A stretch of DNA of 37,006 nt from an uncultured Pirellulales bacterium (GTDB taxonomy: Bacteria > Planctomycetota > Phycisphaerae > Sedimentisphaerales > SM23-30). The notes below the pieces were generated by a model that ran no database searches, was not told the DNA's origin, and saw only the letters and a list, made by a program, of their open reading frames with translations. The stretch covers positions 6,738 to 43,743 of the forward strand of contig CAZOCV010000001.1 of NCBI GenBank assembly GCA_964578395.1. The letters are read 5' to 3'. Each line of letters begins with the position of its first letter. The stretch's first letter is position 1. Made by a program: the position numbers and the translations under genes. Of the stretch, positions 16,594-23,639 are shown piece after piece.

Positions 16594-16649
16594 ATGAACT
16601 TCATAAATTATTAAAAAAATTATATAAAATTCCGGATGAACTTTATAAA
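16594..16649. promoter_or_regulatory. two copies of a 14-nt box ATGAACTT(C/T)ATAAA spaced 42 bp apart; the first contains the palindrome ATGAAcTTCAT
   Basis: Read directly at 16594-16607 and 16636-16649, 13/14 identical. They lie in the AT-rich divergent region between the HAD gene and the porin gene. Confidence 0.3.
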
Positions 16650-16677
16650 AAATTAATATTTCGCCACTATAACCTTG

Positions 16678-16912
16678 CCTGGCGGCGGGGAGACGCGCCG
16701 CGGCAGGAATGATAAGAGCTATCGATTCTTATCGGATAACGATTTAAATGAGCAACATGGATGTTGTAAAAGCTAAACAGCGATAACATGATTAAGAGAA
16801 GCGCCGCGAAAGTCCTCTTATCTGAGATCAGTTGTGCCTGCCATCGCCCTTCGGCACGGCTGATGCTGCCAAAGCCGTTCAGCAGTACTGATAATGCCTG
16901 TTATCAGTTTTT
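16678..16912 (+). promoter_or_regulatory. structured RNA candidate (long leader or sRNA) ending in a terminator-like hairpin
   Basis: There is a GC-rich hairpin at 16678-16707 and a perfect 7-bp hairpin at 16711-16733. Duplicated complementary boxes occur: GATAAGAG 16711 / CTCTTATC 16815, and GCGCCGCG 16695 and 16801. The hairpin ACTGATAA/TTATCAGT at 16887-16908 runs into a T tract (16908-16912). No ORF covers it. Confidence 0.3.
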
Positions 16913-17059
16913 ATACTGTGCGGTTTTTAAAGCAGATTTTCCTTTGCGGCCGATATGGTAATGGGCGTTTAATATAAAACGTCGTTATGTGTAATGGGTA
17001 ATAGACTGTTCTGCGGTGGAACAGCAACGGTATTCAGTGTTTTTTAGAAAGGATGATCA

Positions 17060-18562
17060 ATGAGAAAACTAACAACTCTTCTTACCGTGGGCGTGGTTTT
17101 GCTGATGGTTTCAGCAGCGTCCGCCAATTCTGACCAGGATACGCAGGCACAACTGCAAGCCCTGCAGCAGCGTGTTGCTGAACTGGAAGCCCAGCAAAAT
17201 CAGCAGACGCTTCAGCAGCGCAACGCCGAACTGATTCGGGACATGGTCGCCCAACTGACCGCTCAGCCCGTCAATCAGTCGGCCGACACCGGTGTTACGG
17301 CCGGTTACGACAAACGGTTTTTCATTAAAACCACCGATGACCAGTTCAAACTGGAATTCGACACCCTTTTGCAATTCCGTCATTCTTATCTCTATACCGA
17401 TGATGGTAATGGCGATCTCAACAATGACGGCACTCGCGCTGTTGACGGCAACGGTGCAGACCCCTCCGGACACGGGTTCGAACTGGAATCCGCCCGGTTG
17501 TTCCTCAAAGGCCATGTCCTCAAGGATGTCAAATACAGCATTGTCCTTGAAGGCGACGATGACGCCGGCACAGAGTTCCTTTATTCTTATGATGTAAGCT
17601 ACTCTTTCATCCCGGAATTCGGCATCAAGGTCGGTAAATTCAAAGCCCCCTTCGGCAAATCGGAACCGACCAGCCAACACCGTTTCATGCTGGTGGATCG
17701 CTCCGTGGCCAATGAAGTATTCAATCTGGACCGGTGCGTAGGTATTGAAGTTTTCGGCGAATTGGATATGGGCGAAGTCAAACCCGTTTACGAAGCCATG
17801 GTTTTCAATAATGCCCGCCAGGGCGAAAACGGCCCGTTCACGTCCCATGACAATTCCGTCGATTACGCCGCCCGCTTGATGTTCCCCATGCTGGGCGCTT
17901 CAGTTGAAGATTTTGAAAATGAATCCGATCTCGAATGGCATGAAAACCCCGTGGCCATGCTCGGACTCAGTGGCGCTTATCTCAATGACCGCCTGGAAGA
18001 CACCTTCGCCGGCGGCGGCACCAGCAATTACACGTTCCTCGGCAAGAGCTACACCGACGGTATTCTCGATACCGACGGCCGCACCGATATCTTCCGGTTT
18101 GGCGGAGAATGTGAAATGCTTGGCGCGGATATCTCCCTGAAATACCAGGGCTTCTCGATGACTCTGGAAGGCTTCTATCAGCATATTGATGCTGACAGTG
18201 GTGAAGTCGCTTTTGCCAATACGTTTGGCCCCGGACGCAATAATGCCGATCCTCTGACCGGTGAAATTATTGACGGCCATGAACTTGACAACTTCGGCTG
18301 GTATGCTCAGGCCGGTTACTTCATCGTGCCCAAAGCCTTTGAGTTAACCAGTCGCATCAGCAGCGTCTGTGTGGATAATTCCAATGACTCCTATGAGTAC
18401 GCCGGCGGCTGGAACTGGTACCTCTCGGGCCAGGACCTCAAGCTGAGCATGGACGTCTCCTATATCGACGACCTGCCGATGCAAAGCTCGTCCGCCAACC
18501 TCGTGGGCGTTCAGAACAACAGCTTGTTGCTGATCCGCTCGCAGTTGCAATTCATGTTTTAA
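17060..18562 (+). CDS. outer-membrane porin, phosphate-selective porin O/P (OprO/OprP) family-like
   Basis: RBS AAAGGA precedes the start. The product has a signal peptide (LLMVSAASA) and a Gln-rich coiled coil. GYDKRFFIKTTDDQFKLEFDTLLQFRH is typical of Porin_O_P, and the beta-strand-like periodicity ends in a C-terminal ...LQFMF. Confidence 0.75.
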   Translation: MRKLTTLLTVGVVLLMVSAASANSDQDTQAQLQALQQRVAELEAQQNQQTLQQRNAELIRDMVAQLTAQPVNQSADTGVTAGYDKRFFIKTTDDQFKLEFDTLLQFRHSYLYTDDGNGDLNNDGTRAVDGNGADPSGHGFELESARLFLKGHVLKDVKYSIVLEGDDDAGTEFLYSYDVSYSFIPEFGIKVGKFKAPFGKSEPTSQHRFMLVDRSVANEVFNLDRCVGIEVFGELDMGEVKPVYEAMVFNNARQGENGPFTSHDNSVDYAARLMFPMLGASVEDFENESDLEWHENPVAMLGLSGAYLNDRLEDTFAGGGTSNYTFLGKSYTDGILDTDGRTDIFRFGGECEMLGADISLKYQGFSMTLEGFYQHIDADSGEVAFANTFGPGRNNADPLTGEIIDGHELDNFGWYAQAGYFIVPKAFELTSRISSVCVDNSNDSYEYAGGWNWYLSGQDLKLSMDVSYIDDLPMQSSSANLVGVQNNSLLLIRSQLQFMF

Positions 18563-18610
18563 TGCTATAAAAGGTGACGGATTTCACCGCAACCGTCCTT
18601 AAATGCAAAG

Positions 18611-18641
18611 AAACGCCGCTGTAAAAAGCGGCGTTTTTTTT
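18611..18641 (+). terminator. rho-independent terminator of the porin gene
   Basis: A perfect 10-bp stem (AAACGCCGCT / AGCGGCGTTT) has a 6-nt loop and is followed by a run of 8 T. Confidence 0.85.
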
Positions 18642-18939
18642 GCGCTTTTTTTATATTCTCCTCGAATAAATACGGACCTTGCGTCCTCCCTTTCCTGTAA
18701 AAATATAACGATTATGCCGATACTGCCGCTAAAGGGGATAAACTTTATGCGATATCGAAACCGCTGACTCTTCTTCGACTTGCTTATGGCCGTAGCGGAC
18801 CGTAAACTTTAATGCGATGTCAGGGAAAATCGTAATAACTGTAATTCCCGGCAGCCAACTGAGATCCTGATCTCCCTGCCAACTTTCTCTGCTCGCCGAT
18901 AGAAGTGTATTAATTTGTAGGAATACAGGTAGCACCGCC

Positions 18940-20319
18940 ATGAATAAAATTTTATCGGCATTCCTCCTCTTTCCAGGCATAGTCTTAGTATTGGTCTGCG
19001 GTGAAGCCGCCTGGGCTATAGGCGGAAACATGGGCAACGGCCTTGGCACCGCCGACTCACCCTATCTGATTGAAGACTTCGCGGATTTTCAAACGTTTGC
19101 CGCTCATGCCGCAACCTATTGGGCGGCCGGCGTTCATTCCCGTCTTGAAACCGACCTGGACCTTGATCCCGCTCTTCCCGGACGGCAAATCTACACCTCC
19201 GCCGCCATCGCTCCCGACACCGATCCCGCTGATTGGGGTTTCCAGGGGCCTCGCTTCGCCGGTGTATTTGACGGTAACTATTTTCGCCTCCGCCATTTCA
19301 CGATTGATACGAATGGTGCAGAAAAATGGTTTCTGGGCTTTTTCGGCTTTGTCGATTTTGGCGGTCAGTTAAACCATGTTATCATGGAAAACACTCAGAT
19401 TATCAGCGCCTCAACCTGCTCTTTTATCGGCAGTCTGTGTGGTGAAAATTCCGGCGCGATTACGTCATGCGCCATGTTAAATTCCACCATTGACATCAAT
19501 AACGCCACCAGTATCGGCGGATTGTGCGGCCGCAACTCAGGTTCCATTATTGATAGCTATGCCACCGGTACCGTTCTCAGCGGCAACGACAGCCGTTATC
19601 TGGGAGGATTATGCGGCACCAACAATACCAATAGTCTTATCGCAACCTCCTACACCACGTCTGCACTGCTGGGCGGAGAAAACAATCTTTATATGGGAGG
19701 GCTTTGCGGCGCGAACGCCGGAACCATAAATAACTGTTATGCCACCGGCGCCGCCGTCGGCCAAACCGGCAGCAGCTTTATCGGCGGTTTATGCGGCTGG
19801 GATTATTACGGGATAATCAGCAAATGCTACGCCGTCGGCGCTCCCGGCGGCGATAACTATATTGGCGGTTTGTGCGGTTATCGCACGGGTTCATCGTCTC
19901 TCATCACCGCTTGTTTCTGGGATGTCGAAACGTCGGGCATTCCTGATCCGGAAGCCGGCCAGCCTGATACCGACGGCATGATTGGCAAAACCACCGCCGA
20001 CATGCAAGCCTTGATCACGTTCACCGCCGCAAACTGGGATTTCACCACGTCCGACGGCAATCCGGCCATATGGACCATCCGCGAAACCATCACCTACCCG
20101 CTTCTGGCCTGGAACGAATACCTGCCCGGTGATTTCTCCGGCGATTCCTTTGTGAATTTAGCGGATTTTGCCATTTTCGCGGCGGCCTGGCTCACCAACG
20201 ATGGTGATCCGGGGTACAATCCCGCCTGCAATCTGGATACCACAGCCCCCAGTGATAATACCATCGATATCGCCGACTGGATTATCTTCTGCCAATACTG
20301 GCTGGAAGAGGAAAATTAA
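18940..20319 (+). CDS. secreted GLUG-motif repeat protein with C-terminal dockerin-like domain
   Basis: The product has a signal peptide (LVLVCGEAAWA). At least six repeats of [IL]GGLCG..N.G.I..CYATG carry the GLUG motif. The C-terminal pair of Ca-binding-loop-like segments (GDFSGDSFVNLADFAIFAAAWL and SDNTIDIADWIIFCQYWL) resembles dockerin. Confidence 0.75.
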   Translation: MNKILSAFLLFPGIVLVLVCGEAAWAIGGNMGNGLGTADSPYLIEDFADFQTFAAHAATYWAAGVHSRLETDLDLDPALPGRQIYTSAAIAPDTDPADWGFQGPRFAGVFDGNYFRLRHFTIDTNGAEKWFLGFFGFVDFGGQLNHVIMENTQIISASTCSFIGSLCGENSGAITSCAMLNSTIDINNATSIGGLCGRNSGSIIDSYATGTVLSGNDSRYLGGLCGTNNTNSLIATSYTTSALLGGENNLYMGGLCGANAGTINNCYATGAAVGQTGSSFIGGLCGWDYYGIISKCYAVGAPGGDNYIGGLCGYRTGSSSLITACFWDVETSGIPDPEAGQPDTDGMIGKTTADMQALITFTAANWDFTTSDGNPAIWTIRETITYPLLAWNEYLPGDFSGDSFVNLADFAIFAAAWLTNDGDPGYNPACNLDTTAPSDNTIDIADWIIFCQYWLEEEN

Positions 20320-20373
20320 GCCAGCCTCATACCGAGCCGAAATAATTTTCCCCGTCAGAAAACACCTATAATC

Positions 20374-22161
20374 TCAAATGCCTCCCGGAGCCATACCCGG
20401 CATCATGCCCGGCATCATGCCCGGCATTCCCGGAGTACCGGGCGCAGCTTTTTCCATTTTTTCCTGATCTCTGATTTGCCTGGTAACGCTGCTATGCAGT
20501 TTTTGCAGGTCTTCGGGCCATGCGGTCTTCTCCACCGGGAGGCGATGAATAATCCCCTGGGCGTCATTATAAACCAGCTCGGTCGTAACTACGTCCTTGA
20601 GATTTCTTCCCATTCGATACCAGTAATGCACTCCGGGAATAACATCAATTACCATGGCGCCGGTGCGGTAATCGATAGGTGTGGCCTGCTGGGTTTCGCC
20701 GGTCATCGGCGCTGCCATAGCCGCTGCGCCCGGCCGGCCGGCGGCCGCACGAACCTCTTCCAATTCACCCACCACGGTCCCCGGTATGGCGCGATAACGC
20801 TGGCTGTGCCAAAGGCCATTTTGCCAGCGATAGACTTCGATGCCCACGGTCTGACCGGCGTCGGCTATGCGCGGCACAAAAAACGTACGTTCAGGAATTT
20901 TTACAGCACCATCCGGACGAATCCAGTCCGTCCAAAGCACCCGCTGCGTCGCCAGTGCCGCCTGATCTTCCTCCACCCAATTGGGATGGCCGGCGACAGG
21001 ATTAAAGAAACCCAAACGAATGCGATAACGATAAATCCCGCCCGAATCCAGCGACGCATCATGCGCCCAGAAGGAAATGGTATCCGCATTGGTAAATTCT
21101 TCCGCTGCATACTTCGACGTGCCGGGAACTCCGCCGCCCATCGTCATCCCGGGCATCATCCCTTCTTCCATCATCCCGGGCATCATTCCCGGCATCATAC
21201 CCGGCATCATTCCGGGCGCCATTCCAGGAGCGGTCGGGCGTGCCGTGGTAGTACGGCGATCGCCCGTTGTCCCGGCGGCCTCTTCGCTCTTGCTGAGCCA
21301 TTCCCCCGTCAACAACCGAAAGGGCTGAGGCTTTAATAATAAAAGCTGCGTATCGGGAGCTCCCCATTCCGTGCGGCGAACCTCGTATGATTCCGGGGTC
21401 AATTGCTCAAGTTGGTCCGGCGTAAGCGCTTTCCCCGCCATCGGATCTACGGGCAAACGCACGGTATCTTCAAACTCACTCCACTCGCCATCGGGCAGCA
21501 AGCGCGAACGCTGCAACTGGACAACCGCCACCGCCGGCGAAGAAACCGTCAGAGGGTCTCTGCTGCCGGAGCCGAACGCCGAATCGAACCGCTGGCGCAA
21601 TTCGCCGATGCGGAAAGACGCCTCAACGGAAACAAAATCAACATCGGAAAGTACTTCCTGCAAATTTCCGGACGTCATCATCCCCATGCCCATCGCGCCC
21701 ATCCCGGCCGTCGCTGTCGCCGTCGTATCGACGGCGACCGGCACATACGCCTGATCCCGCGTCAACTGCAGTTTCACCTCCGCCAGCGCCGGCATATCGG
21801 GAATGCGATATGGACCGCGCATCTCTTCACGCACATCCGTAATATAAGGCGGCGTCAGCGGAACCGCATCGACAACCGTTTTCTCCAGCGGATGAGCTTC
21901 GATAATTTGCTCCGGCACATCCGTATTGACAGGCGCGGGAGGAAGCGGGCCGGTCTGCGCCAGACGACTGACGATCTCTTCGCCCTTCTCGGCTGCTTCG
22001 CTGGTCGCCTCGGAAGCCTTAAGGATTTCATCATTCAGCGGCACTCCGGCGGGACGCAATATCTGGCTATAAACCACCCACAGCAATATGACCAGCGCCA
22101 CCGCCAGTACAATCTTTTCCAAGTGCCCTTCAATAATATTTATGCCTTGTTTCTTCGCCAT
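20374..22161 (-). CDS. single-pass membrane-anchored protein with two (PGMM)n tracts, function unknown
   Basis: The 595-aa product has RBS AGGAT upstream and an N-terminal anchor helix IVLAVALVILLWVVY. (PGMM)n tracts lie mid-protein and at the extreme C-terminus. I recognise no catalytic motif. It is the third gene of the pilMN-headed operon. Confidence 0.8.
   Translation of the reverse strand: MAKKQGINIIEGHLEKIVLAVALVILLWVVYSQILRPAGVPLNDEILKASEATSEAAEKGEEIVSRLAQTGPLPPAPVNTDVPEQIIEAHPLEKTVVDAVPLTPPYITDVREEMRGPYRIPDMPALAEVKLQLTRDQAYVPVAVDTTATATAGMGAMGMGMMTSGNLQEVLSDVDFVSVEASFRIGELRQRFDSAFGSGSRDPLTVSSPAVAVVQLQRSRLLPDGEWSEFEDTVRLPVDPMAGKALTPDQLEQLTPESYEVRRTEWGAPDTQLLLLKPQPFRLLTGEWLSKSEEAAGTTGDRRTTTARPTAPGMAPGMMPGMMPGMMPGMMEEGMMPGMTMGGGVPGTSKYAAEEFTNADTISFWAHDASLDSGGIYRYRIRLGFFNPVAGHPNWVEEDQAALATQRVLWTDWIRPDGAVKIPERTFFVPRIADAGQTVGIEVYRWQNGLWHSQRYRAIPGTVVGELEEVRAAAGRPGAAAMAAPMTGETQQATPIDYRTGAMVIDVIPGVHYWYRMGRNLKDVVTTELVYNDAQGIIHRLPVEKTAWPEDLQKLHSSVTRQIRDQEKMEKAAPGTPGMPGMMPGMMPGMAPGGI
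20386..20442 (-). repeat. 12-nt tandem repeat CATCATnCCnGG (encodes PGMM units), tract A
   Basis: It encodes PGTPGMPGMMPGMMPGMAP at the C-terminus of the 595-aa protein, read codon by codon. Confidence 0.9.
21140..21231 (-). repeat. 12-nt tandem repeat CATCATnCCnGG (encodes PGMM units), tract B
   Basis: It encodes APGMAPGMMPGMMPGMMPGMMEEGMMPGMTM in the middle of the 595-aa protein. Confidence 0.9.
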
Positions 22162-22231
22162 AAGCTTTATCCTGTTTTATTGCACATCAACTTCCGGGAA
22201 TCGCCGCTACGCCTGTTTTTCGCTTTTGCTG

Positions 22232-23566
22232 TTATACCCCTCCCGCCGCGGACGTATCCAAAGGTTTCAAATCCAGTTTAACCGGCTCGGGCATAATACT
22301 TTCATACCCTTTATGAAAAAATACATATTCGCAAATCATGCGCAGTTCGGCCAGCGAGCCTCCGCCATAATAATATCCCGCCGCCTCCTCCTGACGCAGG
22401 TTGATCGGATTGGTGTGAATCAGCAAAACGGTAATCTGGTTGCGCGGCGTATCATCGCTGGTTTTTATGTTTTGAAGAATGTTCACGAAATCAACGATAT
22501 AGGTCGTGTCCATAATCACGGACAATTCAAAATGCACCACGTCGATAAAATCGTCACTGGCGCGGTTGGTCCAGGAACGGGTCATTTGCCCATAATATGT
22601 TTTGGTCGCAGGCGCCGTTGTGCCATCGCCGCTCGTCGCGGCGGCCGCCGCGGTCGGCTCCAGCACATACACGGGCATACGCAGCGCACTATCGGCAACG
22701 CGCCGTCCGACGGTTTCAGCGGTTCCAGCGCTGACGGATGTAGTCGTCGTTTGGCCGCCCAGCGCATCGCCGCCGAAAGAAATTTCCACCAGCCGTTTGA
22801 TCGGCGCATTCACCACCGAGGTCGCGGCGGCATTGCCTTCCAGCAGGGAATCGGCAACATCTTTTTGTATCCAGGCGGCCAACTGCGTGTACCAGGCGCG
22901 GCGGAGCATGGTATCCTTATCGTCCTCATCGCTTTTCTTCCGCATGGAATCCCAATAGCTGTAGCCGAACAGCGACTCCGTGGAGGCATATACCTTGATG
23001 GATTCCGCGCGCTTCTGGCGTAACGCATCCACCAGTTCATCCGCGGGGGTTTTCGCCATGCCTGTCGTTCCAGAATACATGCCATACGTGGGCGCATAAG
23101 CCGCGCCTGTCGCGGCGGCGCCGACCAGACTGCTGGCATAATCCTGACGAACCTTATCCTCTTCCAATTTGGTGGGCTTGTCGCCCGCGCCCATATCCGT
23201 CAGAAGGGCGTTGGCATAATTCACATACGCCTCGGCAAAACGTTCTGTAGAAAGAATCATATCGTATTTGGGTGCGGGAAAATAATCCGACATCAGCAGC
23301 GGCCGGCGCGACACCTTACTGATGGCCGCCAGCATGGCGTCGGCCTTCATGTTCCGTTCCTTCGCCAGCGACTCAAAATATTCAATCTGATTATTATACT
23401 TGAGGTTTTTTTCGAGGTCATAAACGGCCTTGCAGCGCGAGGCAAGATTTTCCATTTCCTTGCGGTTGGCGGCCGATATCCTCATGCCGAAAACGAACAA
23501 TCCGGCCGACAGCAGCACCACCAGAATCGCCGTTATCAGAAACATGTATTTTTTGATGAATTTCAT
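22232..23566 (-). CDS. single-pass membrane-anchored hypothetical protein (second gene of the pilMN-headed operon)
   Basis: The 444-aa product has RBS AAGGTGAG upstream and an N-terminal anchor FLITAILVVLLSAGLFVFG. A coiled-coil-like segment is followed by Ala/Thr-rich linkers. I recognise no motif; a PilO-like role is suggested by position only. Confidence 0.75.
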   Translation of the reverse strand: MKFIKKYMFLITAILVVLLSAGLFVFGMRISAANRKEMENLASRCKAVYDLEKNLKYNNQIEYFESLAKERNMKADAMLAAISKVSRRPLLMSDYFPAPKYDMILSTERFAEAYVNYANALLTDMGAGDKPTKLEEDKVRQDYASSLVGAAATGAAYAPTYGMYSGTTGMAKTPADELVDALRQKRAESIKVYASTESLFGYSYWDSMRKKSDEDDKDTMLRRAWYTQLAAWIQKDVADSLLEGNAAATSVVNAPIKRLVEISFGGDALGGQTTTTSVSAGTAETVGRRVADSALRMPVYVLEPTAAAAATSGDGTTAPATKTYYGQMTRSWTNRASDDFIDVVHFELSVIMDTTYIVDFVNILQNIKTSDDTPRNQITVLLIHTNPINLRQEEAAGYYYGGGSLAELRMICEYVFFHKGYESIMPEPVKLDLKPLDTSAAGGV

Positions 23567-23639
23567 AACTTTCTCACCTTATATTTGCCTGTCGTCAATA
23601 TGTCCGTTACGGACCAAAATCACTCCCGGTCGGCGGCCG

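Noticed and set aside
16808-16815. GAAAGTCC, which matches the core of the universally conserved RNase P RNA CR-I motif (GAGGAAAGTCCGGGC).
   Set aside because: The flanking bases do not continue the motif (there is no following GGGC). None of the other RNase P conserved regions is present in 16500-17059.
16822-16827. CTGAGA plus a nearby GATAATGCC, reminiscent of the TPP riboswitch.
   Set aside because: The ACCTGATCTGG pyrimidine-sensor helix context and the surrounding P2/P3 architecture are absent, and the downstream gene is a porin. The match looks like chance.
18729-19049. 106-aa minus-strand ORF upstream of and overlapping the GLUG-protein start.
   Set aside because: It overlaps the signal-peptide-coding start of a well-supported gene and its promoter region. 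Its composition is not protein-like.
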